The notes under the pieces: generated by a model
Database searches by the model: none
The model's input: only the letters and a program-made list of their open reading frames with translations
Told to the model about the DNA's origin: nothing
Translations under genes and position numbers: made by a program
NCBI GenBank assembly: GCA_038867615.1
Contig: JAWBYA010000004.1
Location: 64,001-128,000 of the forward strand
Direction of reading: 5' to 3'
Length of the DNA: 64,000 nucleotides
Source: Sulfolobales archaeon
Lineage (GTDB): Archaea > Thermoproteota > Thermoprotei_A > Sulfolobales > AG1
Part shown: in pieces, positions 19,564-29,857 of the stretch
How the letters are laid out: each line of letters opens with the position of its first letter
Numbering within the stretch: the first letter of the stretch is position 1

Positions 19564-20558
19564 TCATAATGGAGGAGGTTAAGAAGAATAGATATTGGAG
19601 AATAGATACCCATGTCCACTGCAGAGACTGGGGAGAGAGTTATAAAGCAACCATAGGTAGTGTTGTAAGACTTGCACTATCAAAGGGCATAGGGGCTGTC
19701 TTCGATATGCCCAACACAGATCCCCCTATACTGGGTCTAAGGGATGCTGAAAAGAGGCTAAGAACAGCTGAGGATCAAGGCGTGCTCAAGAACTACTACC
19801 TCTATATAGCTGCAACACCAAACGAGAAACAGCTGGAGGATGCTGTGAGGGCTTATGAGGAGCTACCAAGGGTAGTGGGGTTGAAGCTCTACACAGCCCC
19901 TATGAAGGGTCTCGAAGCACTATCCCTAGAGGAGCAGGAGGTGGTGTATAGAACACTATCATCCCTAGGCTATAGAGGTGTTCTAGCAATACATTGCGAG
20001 AAGCATGGCCTCTTTAGAGAGACCCTCTGGGATCCCCTGAAACCCTACACATGGAACCTCGCAAGACCTCCGGAGGCTGAGGTTAGGTGTATCGAGGATC
20101 AAATCCTGCTTGCAAAGAAACACGGTTTCAAGGGGACTCTCTATATAGTCCACATATCAACAAAAGAGGGTGTCGAGATTGTGAGAAGGGCTAGGAATGA
20201 GGGTATAAGGATCGTGTGTGGTGTTACACCACACCATATAATCTATGATACGGATCACATGAGAACGCCTGAAAGTGTTGTGCTCAAGACAAACCCGCCC
20301 ATAAGGGATCCGGCAACTGCTAGGGCTCTGTTAAGACTAGCCATCGAGGGTGCTGTGGATTTCCTTGAAACGGATCATGCTCCCCATTCTCCCCAAGAGA
20401 AGACAGGTCCTCCGTATCTCTCTGGCAATAGGAGTCTTGAGATCTATGAGATAGCGATCAACATGCTCATGAGATCAGGTGCTAGTGAGAAGACTATATA
20501 TATGCTTACTAGGGGTAATGCTGAGAGTGTTTTTAAGAAGCTAGACGGGATCGACTAG
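19560..20558 (+). CDS. pyrC: Dihydroorotase
   Basis: DTHVHCRD, DMPNT, HCE, HIST, TPHH, NPPIR, TDHAPH. Confidence 0.92.
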   Translation: MIIMEEVKKNRYWRIDTHVHCRDWGESYKATIGSVVRLALSKGIGAVFDMPNTDPPILGLRDAEKRLRTAEDQGVLKNYYLYIAATPNEKQLEDAVRAYEELPRVVGLKLYTAPMKGLEALSLEEQEVVYRTLSSLGYRGVLAIHCEKHGLFRETLWDPLKPYTWNLARPPEAEVRCIEDQILLAKKHGFKGTLYIVHISTKEGVEIVRRARNEGIRIVCGVTPHHIIYDTDHMRTPESVVLKTNPPIRDPATARALLRLAIEGAVDFLETDHAPHSPQEKTGPPYLSGNRSLEIYEIAINMLMRSGASEKTIYMLTRGNAESVFKKLDGID

Positions 20559-22261
20559 GTATTCTTAATAAGTTCTTGGAAGCTCTTAACAGCGCTTGAG
20601 CGAAGATATTTCCTCAGATCCTCTAGGATCTCTTTAAATACAGAGAATCCCTTATAGGCTATTGCACTGCATATCTGGAAACCCCTCGCGCCCAGCATTG
20701 CCAGCTCGATCACGTCTCTAGCACTATCTATACCCCCACTGGCTATTATTGGTACACTGAACTCTCCCCTGAGATCCTTGATAACCCTCCTAACTATAGG
20801 CTTCAGAGGCGGCCCAGAAACCCCTCCATAGCCATTTGGACTACCCATAATAGGTCTCTTGAAAATAGGATCATAGGCATAGCCCCTCACAGTATTTATA
20901 GCTGTTATCCCATCAGCCCCTCCCTCAATGGCTTTTCTAGCAACCTCCATATAGTCAGAGTTGATAGATATTTTGACAAAGACGGGTAGCTTTACTATTG
21001 ATTTAATAGACCTCACTATGTCTCTAACAAGCTCCGGTATATCCTCAACCATCTCGAACTCCGTGTGTGGGCATGATACATTGAGCTCGAAGGCATCGAC
21101 ACCCGAGCCGTATAGCTTCTTAGCAACCTCAACATACTCATCACTATTCCTCCCAAAAATGCTCGCTATCACCGGAACACCTGCTCTCTTAGCATCTCTT
21201 ATCTCCAATACATATTGATCAGCCCCAGGGTTGGGTAAACCGAGTGCGTTCATATACACACCAACGGGATCCTCGATCATGACCGGGCCCTTGAAACCCT
21301 TCCTAGGCTCGATGCCTATCGATTTTGTGACAACAGCACCTGCACCCTCTAGTGCGAATCTATAGAGTATAGAGCCTGAAACACCACACCCGGCTGCATT
21401 CATCAGGGGGTTTGGTAGTTCGAGCCCTGCTATGTTTATCGAGAGCTCCGGTTCTTTCTCTACAACTCTTTGAGGCAGTTTCAGACCCTCATCTATAGAT
21501 CCAGATATGGGGATTCTAAGGCCACTTCTATCCCGTGTCCATAACCCATACTCTGTTCTAACTATCTTGCCAGCACTTAGAAAGATCCCCTCGATACATG
21601 TTCTCCACAGACCAAGATCACAGGCGCCGCACAACCCTAAAGAGCATTTTATAGGTCTCTCAACACATAGATAGCCTTCCACGCCTTTTTCTATAAGCAT
21701 TTCAGCAAGGATCCTACCGAGATCTTCCCTAACACATATAACAGCTATGTCTATATCTCCCAGCATCGATCTAAACAGCTCTATAGCCTCACCACGGCTT
21801 TTAGCTATATATGTCTCAACCCCGATCTCGCGAAGCCTAGCGGAATACGGGGGTCTACCTTCTTCGTCGATAAGGATAGCGCTATATACTCTTTCCCTGT
21901 TCTTCTCGGCAAAGAATCTTAGGTATGATATACCGTGATAAGATCCCATGAGGAGTACTCTGGAACCCCACGGGGAGATAGGGTTGCCGAAAGGTCCTCT
22001 AACACCTACAAGGCCTCCCACGGGGATCTTGTGGAGCGTAGCGCTAACCTCACCTCTTGGAGGGCCTATTAATACCTCCACGAGATCTTTATCTGCGTAG
22101 GATATTGCTAGCGGGATCTCGTCAACGCCGGGGAGCCAGAGCATTATATAATTCCCAGGCTGTGATTTGGAAGCTATATCTCTTGCCTCTATCTCTAACA
22201 CTCTATAGGATCCCTCGCTCCTAGAGTTAAGGATCCTTGCTGGCTGGGGTCTCCCCCTCAA
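20555..22261 (-). CDS. pyrD: Fused dihydroorotate dehydrogenase: PyrK electron-transfer domain plus family 1B PyrD
   Basis: N-half PGNYIMLW, RGPFGN, CSLGLCGAC...C [2Fe-2S] motif. C-half NPLMNAAG, VTKS, NALGLPNPG, ELNVSCP, GGVSG, SGGI. Confidence 0.92.
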   Translation of the reverse strand: MRGRPQPARILNSRSEGSYRVLEIEARDIASKSQPGNYIMLWLPGVDEIPLAISYADKDLVEVLIGPPRGEVSATLHKIPVGGLVGVRGPFGNPISPWGSRVLLMGSYHGISYLRFFAEKNRERVYSAILIDEEGRPPYSARLREIGVETYIAKSRGEAIELFRSMLGDIDIAVICVREDLGRILAEMLIEKGVEGYLCVERPIKCSLGLCGACDLGLWRTCIEGIFLSAGKIVRTEYGLWTRDRSGLRIPISGSIDEGLKLPQRVVEKEPELSINIAGLELPNPLMNAAGCGVSGSILYRFALEGAGAVVTKSIGIEPRKGFKGPVMIEDPVGVYMNALGLPNPGADQYVLEIRDAKRAGVPVIASIFGRNSDEYVEVAKKLYGSGVDAFELNVSCPHTEFEMVEDIPELVRDIVRSIKSIVKLPVFVKISINSDYMEVARKAIEGGADGITAINTVRGYAYDPIFKRPIMGSPNGYGGVSGPPLKPIVRRVIKDLRGEFSVPIIASGGIDSARDVIELAMLGARGFQICSAIAYKGFSVFKEILEDLRKYLRSSAVKSFQELIKNT

Positions 22262-22995
22262 TGGGGTACGCCTCTGAGGTATCTCTCTACAGCCTCTGGA
22301 ATGTTCCTATCTATTAATCCCTGCCTCTCAAGACTGTTAATAATACTCCTAACCCCTACTGCTCTATAGAGACCTATACCCCTCTTGATCATTGCATCCT
22401 CCCCACCCTCTTCCCTATCTATTAGCACAGCTACACCGAGGATCTCTATCCTCTTACCCCTCCTTTTAGCCTCCTCCTCGAGGATCTCTATAGCCTCTAT
22501 CTTGGTATCGCCTGTTGTTATAACATCATCTACAAGAAGGATCTTATCGCCGTCATCTATAACTCCGTCTACAAGCCTCGAGATCCCGTGGGTCTTTGAC
22601 CTAACTCCGCCGAGGATCCTTGATAGGCTATCAACGCACCCAGGATCTATGGAGCTATCCCCAGAGATCTTCCTCAAAAGATCCTTATAGATCATTGGCT
22701 CCTTCCTTATATAGATCCCTGGGATGTTTTTCGAAACAGCGATTGCCGAGACGAGCAGAGCACCTGTCATAGGTATTCCACATAGCTTTGTAGGCCTCAG
22801 CGGTAGATCATCGATAAGCCTTGAGATCATCTCAACAGCTATTGAGAGAAGCCTTGGTTTTGAGATAAGTATCCTCAGATCTATATAGTAAGGGCTAATC
22901 CTACCAGACCTAAGCCTATACTCTCCAAAGGTAAGTGCTCCCGATACTAAAAGCTCTCTTGAGAAGATATCTATAAGGTTATCATGACTCATCAT
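22258..22995 (-). CDS. pyrE: Orotate phosphoribosyltransferase (with a loop insertion)
   Basis: FGEYRLRSGRISPYYIDLR and PRPP motif LLVDDVITTG. Confidence 0.92.
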   Translation of the reverse strand: MMSHDNLIDIFSRELLVSGALTFGEYRLRSGRISPYYIDLRILISKPRLLSIAVEMISRLIDDLPLRPTKLCGIPMTGALLVSAIAVSKNIPGIYIRKEPMIYKDLLRKISGDSSIDPGCVDSLSRILGGVRSKTHGISRLVDGVIDDGDKILLVDDVITTGDTKIEAIEILEEEAKRRGKRIEILGVAVLIDREEGGEDAMIKRGIGLYRAVGVRSIINSLERQGLIDRNIPEAVERYLRGVPH

Positions 22996-22999
22996 AAGA

Positions 23000-23707
23000 T
23001 CACCTCATATGGCTAGCTATCTTCTCAACAGCTGAGGCAGGATCTTCTGATAGGATCACGGCTCTCCCAACTATGATATGAACATACCTATGGCTTGGGA
23101 GAAAGTGTGAGGCTATGTTTTCAGCATCCTTCTCATTCCTAATCCCTGGTAGGAGGAACACGGGATCCTGGATCCTCTTTCTAATCATATCAGCGTAAAG
23201 CAACGCCCTCTCGATCTTACTTCCTGGGAGTACGTAGTGCTCAACACCGAGTGCTGAGGCATCCTCATAGATCCTCTTTGGGGAGTCGTCGCAAACATAA
23301 CCCCCACTAGATCTGAGGAAACCCTCATGGGTCATATCACCCCCAACTATTGGTACGATGCCCTCATCCCTAAGCGCCTCTACCCATTTTACAAGCGTAT
23401 CCCTTCCTGAGTGTGGAAATCCTATGGCCGCATCGACGCCGGATCTCCTAAGGATCTTAGCGTACCAGGATCCTAGATCCGGTATGTCCGTCATACCCTT
23501 CTGGTGATCATATATTATAGGCTTATCACTAACACCTCTCACAAGATCCACGGTCTTTTTCAACCCATGGGTTAGGGCTGCTATGAAGCCCACCTTATAT
23601 CCAGTAACAGCATCTAGATCCGATGTTGCTGAAACAAGCCTTCGGATCGATTCTGCATCGTCTAAATCAAGAGCTATTATAACTCCCCTACCTTTAAGAA
23701 GAGACAC
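23000..23707 (-). CDS. pyrF: Orotidine-5'-phosphate decarboxylase (atypical motif)
   Basis: IIALD, YKVG, YDHQKGMTDIP, PGI, IVGR; located in the pyr cluster. Confidence 0.82.
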   Translation of the reverse strand: MSLLKGRGVIIALDLDDAESIRRLVSATSDLDAVTGYKVGFIAALTHGLKKTVDLVRGVSDKPIIYDHQKGMTDIPDLGSWYAKILRRSGVDAAIGFPHSGRDTLVKWVEALRDEGIVPIVGGDMTHEGFLRSSGGYVCDDSPKRIYEDASALGVEHYVLPGSKIERALLYADMIRKRIQDPVFLLPGIRNEKDAENIASHFLPSHRYVHIIVGRAVILSEDPASAVEKIASHMR

Positions 23708-24001
23708 TGTGCCTTCTTAATATTCTACTTGAGGGCTAAAAAGCGACAGGTATTAAAGCGCAACCCATCAACGCCTATCGTATGCTACGTACCACTATGC
23801 CTTATCATAAAAGGGATATAGCTTGTGCTATGATAAATACATGAATACTTGAAAATAATGACTAAAAACTCTTGCTTAACTGATACATTGTGAGAGGAAA
23901 TTTCAGGTCTTATGGGTTATACTCCGAAAATCACAAAGATCTAAAGAATGATTAAGTATATCAATCATACTAACACGCGCTAGGCTTGTTTGTAATAAAT
24001 C

Positions 24002-25492
24002 CTATGGTCTTACTATAACTACCTTCTTGTCTGTGAAGAAGTCTATGGTATCTATCTGGGGGTGTAGCACACCATAGAAGGATCTCTTTCTCCCAGCGAA
24101 TGGGAAGAAGGCTACCGGGGCTGGGATTCCTATGTTGACACCTATATTGCCTGCATCAACGCTTGAGACGAATCTCCTCGTACTCTCAGTGCTCCTGGTG
24201 AATATAGAGGCTGCGTTGCCATACTCGCTCTTATTGATCATCTCTATAGCCTCGTCAAGGCTTGTAGCCTTGATCACGTTTGCCACGGGGCCGAAGATCT
24301 CTTCCTTCGCTATTATCATCTCAGGAACAACATCTACAAACACCGTGGGTCCTAGGAAATAGCCTCTGGGATATTCAGGAACTCTTACACCTCTTCCGTC
24401 TAGGATTAGTTTGGCTCCCTCTTCAACGCCCCTCTCTATGTATTTAATAACTCTTTCTCTAGCCTTGCTGGTTACTAGGGGTCCCATATCAACGCTCTCG
24501 TCAAGGCCATAGCCTAGTTTGAGCCTTAGCGCTGATTCTATGAATAGCCTGAGAGCCTTATCATATATATCTCCAACAAGAACCAGGTTGGATCCTGCTA
24601 GGCATCTCTGCCCAGCGTTTCCGAAGAAAGAGCTTATTATGGTTGGCATGTATCTCTCTAGATCAGCATCTGGCATAACGACTACAAAGTTCTTAGCACC
24701 TCCGCCGTTAAGACTTCTCTTGCCATACTCCCCTGCAAGCCTATAGATCCTCTCTGCGGTCTGGCTGCTGCCGACTGATGCAACGCCAACGATCTTCTTG
24801 CTTCTAAGCATGGCCTCAACCACACTCCCATCCCCATGGATAACGTTTATAACGCCTTTTGGAAGGCCTGCCTCGCGGTGTATCAGCTCCATTACGAAGT
24901 TAAAGGGGGCTGGTGTCATCTCGCTTGGCTTAACAACTACGGTGTTGCCAGTAACTATTGCGTATGGTATGAACCAGAATGGGATCATTGTTGGGAAGTT
25001 GAAGGGCGTCACTATGGCGAAAACCCCTAGCGGTTCTCTAACCATATATTCATCTATACCCTCGGCTATGTTTGGCATATACTCGCCCTTGGCTAGCGTG
25101 TATGCTGCTGATACTGCTGCCTCAACGTTCTCTATAGTTCTCCTCATATCTCCCCTAGCCTCGTGTATTGTTTTCCCGTGGTTCTGTGTCACTACTCTTG
25201 AGATCTCTTCGAAATGACTCTCAAGGATCTCTTTGATTCTGAAGAGGTACTGGATCCTCTTGGTTATAGGAACTTCCCTCCACTTGTGAAAAGCCTCATA
25301 CGCAGAATCTATAGCCTCAGACACCTCGTCAGCAGTCGCTATAGGAACCTCTCCTATCACTTCGTCTAGAGCTGGGTTGTAGATCTTAAGCCTCTTATCC
25401 GAGGTCGAGGGTTTGAACTCACCATCTATATAGTTGGGCAACACACCATAATTCTTCCTAACTTCTGGAAGAATATTAGGCAGGGTGTCCAC
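24002..25492 (-). CDS. mmsA: CoA-acylating methylmalonate-semialdehyde dehydrogenase
   Basis: PFNFP, KPSE, GAKN (no ELGG), AGQRCLA, EEIFGPV, YGNAASIFT. Confidence 0.88.
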   Translation of the reverse strand: MDTLPNILPEVRKNYGVLPNYIDGEFKPSTSDKRLKIYNPALDEVIGEVPIATADEVSEAIDSAYEAFHKWREVPITKRIQYLFRIKEILESHFEEISRVVTQNHGKTIHEARGDMRRTIENVEAAVSAAYTLAKGEYMPNIAEGIDEYMVREPLGVFAIVTPFNFPTMIPFWFIPYAIVTGNTVVVKPSEMTPAPFNFVMELIHREAGLPKGVINVIHGDGSVVEAMLRSKKIVGVASVGSSQTAERIYRLAGEYGKRSLNGGGAKNFVVVMPDADLERYMPTIISSFFGNAGQRCLAGSNLVLVGDIYDKALRLFIESALRLKLGYGLDESVDMGPLVTSKARERVIKYIERGVEEGAKLILDGRGVRVPEYPRGYFLGPTVFVDVVPEMIIAKEEIFGPVANVIKATSLDEAIEMINKSEYGNAASIFTRSTESTRRFVSSVDAGNIGVNIGIPAPVAFFPFAGRKRSFYGVLHPQIDTIDFFTDKKVVIVRP

Positions 25493-25539
25493 CTGATGCT
25501 ACTGATGATAGACGATATATATGTATTACTGGCTACAGT

Positions 25540-26982
25540 TTATACAGTGTTAGTTCTGGAGCATCTCTCAACAATGCGATCAACATCTCCGTCTGCAAGG
25601 AGTACTGCGGATAACCATCGATCTATATCTCCCCTAGCAAGGTGGTGTTCTAAAAACTCTCTAGGTATTTTCTTCAAGGCCTCAAGCAATTCTGAGAAGC
25701 TACAAGCCCTGAAACCGCTATAAACACCCTCCTTTGATGTGAAATTGAAGCAAAGCCTATCAGGAGCTCTGAATCTCTCTATAAACCCGCAATAATCCTC
25801 CCTAGCCTTTCTAGCCAGATACCTTGCAAGGATCTCGAGGGCTCTTAGATAGGTTATCTGAGCCTTGTAAGGGCTTCCATAGGGATTGAAATAGCTATGC
25901 ACCTCGCCAGCCGGCCCATGTTTTGTTGCCTGGTAATAGAAATGATCGCTCATAGAGTAGAGCCTCCACACCCTGAGAGCCTCTCCCCCAAGGGCTTTAG
26001 CATAGCTATAGAGGATCCTGAGATTCTCTAAAGCTATCCTCTGAACCTCGTTACCAGCCCATGCCGAGAGATCTCTCTCATCGGCCCAGCTAATAGTACT
26101 CCAGGGCGGGACATCATAGATCCCTCGGATCTTGTTTGAGAGAGCAGCCTCTGATACCGTCGAGAACCTTAACCCCCTTCTGGAGATCTCTCTCGGTAGG
26201 TGTTCAAGAAAACCATAGATCCCTGTTTCTGGCCAGTGATGCTCTCCGAAAGTCTCGTAGTCGATCGCTATGAGCACTAGATCTCCTGTAAGTGCTCCCA
26301 GCCATGACGCATATTTATCCGCCGTAAGAGGGTATTGATCCCATGTTCTCATACTAAATCTAAAACCAATATCATCGCTAAGCCTGTGGTTCCTCACAAG
26401 AACCCTTATATCGCATAGCGGGTTACCATAAACATAGTTATAACCCCTGAACCCCTGGATCCACTCAACACCCTCTGTCAACACAGCCTTAAAACCCATA
26501 GATGCTAAGACACACCCGATATCATTATTATATATAAACTCCGTGTTCTCAGCAGACACCGGCTTATAGCCGAACACCTCCTCAAGCCTTTTTACATGAT
26601 CCCTAACCTGCTCGACAAACTCATCCCTATCTATGAGCCATGCTAGCGAGTGGTAATAGGTCTGTGCAGCCAACTCAACCCTCTCGGTCTCCACCATTTT
26701 TTCTAGTATTTTCAGAGCTTCTGGCGACCATCTCTCCATAAGATCTATAGCTATCCCTGACACGCCCATTGTAAACTTAAAATCCCTATTCTCTCTGAGA
26801 CTCCTAAGCAGGATCTCTGAGGCCTTTACATAGACTCTTCTAGCCACTCTCTCAAAGATCTCTCTGTTAACGCTCCACTCAAAGAGATCCCTAGGATCTC
26901 GAGGATCGCCGTTGGGCATGATTCTTTCGAGAGGAGCAAGCCTCAGAGGCTGATGCACTTCAAAAAAGAACACTACATCCAT
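25540..26982 (-). CDS. GH57 glycoside hydrolase (alpha-amylase type)
   Basis: FEVHQP, TYYHSL, NTE nucleophile, SDDIGFRF, DYETFGEH, SWAD. Confidence 0.92.
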   Translation of the reverse strand: MDVVFFFEVHQPLRLAPLERIMPNGDPRDPRDLFEWSVNREIFERVARRVYVKASEILLRSLRENRDFKFTMGVSGIAIDLMERWSPEALKILEKMVETERVELAAQTYYHSLAWLIDRDEFVEQVRDHVKRLEEVFGYKPVSAENTEFIYNNDIGCVLASMGFKAVLTEGVEWIQGFRGYNYVYGNPLCDIRVLVRNHRLSDDIGFRFSMRTWDQYPLTADKYASWLGALTGDLVLIAIDYETFGEHHWPETGIYGFLEHLPREISRRGLRFSTVSEAALSNKIRGIYDVPPWSTISWADERDLSAWAGNEVQRIALENLRILYSYAKALGGEALRVWRLYSMSDHFYYQATKHGPAGEVHSYFNPYGSPYKAQITYLRALEILARYLARKAREDYCGFIERFRAPDRLCFNFTSKEGVYSGFRACSFSELLEALKKIPREFLEHHLARGDIDRWLSAVLLADGDVDRIVERCSRTNTV

Positions 26983-27284
26983 TAAAAACCCCTGACTGTT
27001 CTCCGAGTAAAAGCTTTTAAAGCTTTCCAGCCACCATAAATACAGAATCGATACAGATATCCTCGTCCCTGCGATAATTATAGCTATTAGAGGCTAGAAT
27101 GTCTCCATTTTGATACCCATGGATATACTTCGATCTGTTTTATATCCTGCCCTCTCTTAACACCCCTAGCTATTATCGATGACAGAGACGATGCTTCTAT
27201 GATTACAAAGGGCTAGGATGTTATTAGAGCCGACTAGATGTTGATAGGAGTATTGCTCAAAACCATCTATGTTTATCCTACGAG

Positions 27285-27404
27285 GGACACTATCGCTGCA
27301 CTTAATTGCTATCCATAAACAATAAAGATCCTCCAGAGATACTTTTATAGACAGAGTGGGAGACCCTGGATATGGAAGAAGATCAAAAAACCGGGGATAG
27401 AGTG
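27285..27404 (+). mobile_element. Degenerate family B relic (copy B7)
   Basis: GCTATCCATAAAC...GTGGGAGACCCTGGATATG...AAAACCGGGGATAGAG resembles GCCACCCATGAAC...GTGGGAGTCCTTGGATGTG...CATCCAGGGACAAAC. Confidence 0.4.
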
Positions 27405-27499
27405 AAAACATGAATGTAAGCAATGCCATTATCTAATGTAATCTGTGTATCTCAAGGCTATTTTCTCTATAACATAGAACATAGATTAGAGGGGGGCTA

Positions 27500-28177
27500 A
27501 TGCCTAGGAAGGATCTTCTCAAAGCCGTTGAGAGGGAAACGTTGTTACAGCTGGCCCTAGATCTTGTGGATCTTGATGTTGCGTTGAGACTTGCTGGACA
27601 AGCATCAGAGGCTGGGATCGACATTATCGAGATCGGGACTCCTCTGCTCAAGGCCCACGGTATCAGGGCTGTTGAGGAGATAAGATCGGTAACCAGTAGG
27701 TCCTTTATAATGGTTGATACCAAGACGGCTGATGCCGGGGCAATAGAGGCTGAGATCGTTAGCAAGGCTGGTGGTGATGCGATGAGCGTGCTAGGTGTAT
27801 CTAGCTACGAGACCATTAAAGAGACTATTGCGAGGGGAAGGGATCTAGATGTTTCGGTATGGATAGATATGATCCACGCCAGCGATCCCGTGAAAAGGGC
27901 TGAGGAGTTAAGACACATGGAGCCTGATATCATAATAGCCCATATCGGGGTAGATGTTCAGAGAAGCAGGGGGATAACTGTTGAGAGCTTGGAGAAAGAG
28001 GTCAAGGATCTCGTCGAAAAGGGCTTCAGAGTAGCTGTTGCTGGAGGTATAAAAGGCAACGCCATAAAAAGAATGTCAGATCTAGGAGCATCTGTTATAA
28101 TAATTGGAGGCTGGATCACGAGACACCATGACCCCTTAGAGAGGATGAGAGAAGCTGTAAGGATCTTGAGACAATGA
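27500..28177 (+). CDS. hxlA: 3-hexulose-6-phosphate synthase (HPS/KGPDC family)
   Basis: LQLALD, IIEIGTPL, DTKTADAG, HIGVD.Q, AVAGGI. Confidence 0.85.
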   Translation: MPRKDLLKAVERETLLQLALDLVDLDVALRLAGQASEAGIDIIEIGTPLLKAHGIRAVEEIRSVTSRSFIMVDTKTADAGAIEAEIVSKAGGDAMSVLGVSSYETIKETIARGRDLDVSVWIDMIHASDPVKRAEELRHMEPDIIIAHIGVDVQRSRGITVESLEKEVKDLVEKGFRVAVAGGIKGNAIKRMSDLGASVIIIGGWITRHHDPLERMREAVRILRQ

Positions 28178-28382
28178 TCCATTGTTATAGAGATAGTTAA
28201 AACATGGATTAGAGCGTTTCTGATAAAACCCGCTTTCCATATTATGGAGGCTTTCTTTAGCAACTATATGTTGGTCGGTAAATATCTTTCCCACTATTCA
28301 CCGGTCATAGGAGAGGTGGGGAGGAATAGCTTATGGCTAGTAATAGTCATAACCCCCCAGCCATATTATATATGGATGGGTC

Positions 28383-28880
28383 ATGAGGATACATGTGTGG
28401 GGGGATCTTGTTAGTGCTAGCGGTAGTATTGCTCAGGCTATAGAGTCTCTCAGATCTTCTGGAAAGGATCTCGCAGCCCTCTTTAACGAAGTATTCCTAG
28501 CCGTAGAGCCTGTGTATAGAAATATAGGGATAGAGGTCAAGGAGATCGGTAGGGGTTATGCTAAGGCTGTATTTAACATGAGCGAAAACATAGCTAGGTG
28601 GGGAGGTGTTGTAAACGGGGGTGTTATAATGACCGTGATCGATATGGTAATCGGGATCTCTGTGATGACGGTTAACGACGGCATTGATCAATACACAGCG
28701 GAGCTTAAGGTCAATTTTCTAGAACCCCTCAGAACAGATCCTTTCACAGCTATTGGTAGGGTTATAAGGAAGGGCGGGACATTGGTCGTAGGTGAGGGCG
28801 AGATCTATGATGGTGAGAACAGGCTTTGTGCCAAGGGGATTGGTACGTGGTTTATTGTTAAGAGAAGAAATACGGGCTAG
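28383..28880 (+). CDS. PaaI-family hotdog thioesterase
   Basis: GVVNGGVIMTVID, TAELKVNFLEP. Confidence 0.88.
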   Translation: MRIHVWGDLVSASGSIAQAIESLRSSGKDLAALFNEVFLAVEPVYRNIGIEVKEIGRGYAKAVFNMSENIARWGGVVNGGVIMTVIDMVIGISVMTVNDGIDQYTAELKVNFLEPLRTDPFTAIGRVIRKGGTLVVGEGEIYDGENRLCAKGIGTWFIVKRRNTG

Positions 28881-28909
28881 CAGCAGGATCCCCAGCTAGA
28901 GGTTCTGGC

Positions 28910-29692
28910 TTGAGGTTTGTAATAATAGATCTTGGTGCTATACATATACACAGCCTCAGAGAGCTTAAGAGCCTAGCCATACAGATCGAGCTTACAAACT
29001 CAATAGTAGTGAGAAAACTCAAAACCAGGGTTATCGCGGTAGCTCCTATGAAAACCATGGGGCTGGATTATATAGAAGTCTCCTCGTTGCGCTCCGGCTA
29101 TAGACTCCTGGTAGCACCCATGGAGAGGGTCATCGATATGTTAGGTGCTAAGAGGACTATTGTTCTAGACCCCTATGGTGAGCGTGACCTAAGGGTAGAG
29201 GATCTAGAGTGGGCTGAAGCAGTCGTCCTTGGAGGCGTAGTTGACAGAACCCCTATAAAGGGTATAACAACGCTGCTTAGGAACACGGGCTTGCCTTGGG
29301 CACCCACAATGAGGATCACATTAAGAGGATCTATACTAGGGGTTCCAAGCGAGATAAACAACGTAGCAGCTATACTTATAAAAGCACTAGAGGTAGGCAG
29401 CCTTGAGAACGCGATAAAGGAGATCCAGCCTAAGAGGGATGCTATAGTAAGGGCTTCTGCAGAGATTCCAAGGCTTCTCAAAAGCCTTGGGAGGAGTCCT
29501 AGTATCGAAGATCTTGTTGAGATCTATAAATCTCTCGGGACATGGCTTAACCTAGATAGCATTGGCATGATGAGAGCCCTTATTAGATGTGGTAGGAGAG
29601 ATCTAGCATCTATATGGCGGGAGAAGATCATCGCTGGAGAGATTATTTCGGAGAAACCTGGACAAGCGGTTCTTGGTTTTGCTAGGAGTTAG
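28910..29692 (+). CDS. trm10: tRNA m1A9/m1G9 methyltransferase (SPOUT, Trm10)
   Basis: IIDL, VLDPYG..DL, VLGGVVD, ITLRGSILGVP..IN, QPKRD motifs of archaeal Trm10. Confidence 0.78.
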   Translation: MRFVIIDLGAIHIHSLRELKSLAIQIELTNSIVVRKLKTRVIAVAPMKTMGLDYIEVSSLRSGYRLLVAPMERVIDMLGAKRTIVLDPYGERDLRVEDLEWAEAVVLGGVVDRTPIKGITTLLRNTGLPWAPTMRITLRGSILGVPSEINNVAAILIKALEVGSLENAIKEIQPKRDAIVRASAEIPRLLKSLGRSPSIEDLVEIYKSLGTWLNLDSIGMMRALIRCGRRDLASIWREKIIAGEIISEKPGQAVLGFARS

Positions 29693-29857
29693 TTCTTTCT
29701 CGCAAGACACAGGGTCTTATCTATTACATGTGCTTGTAATCGCCGAACACTGTTCCATGCATACCTATCCATCATACATGGTACGAAGACTTAAACATGG
29801 CATGAGAACCTATAACCCTAAGTCTAGGAGAGGTAAGCGTTTTAACCTCCATGCATA

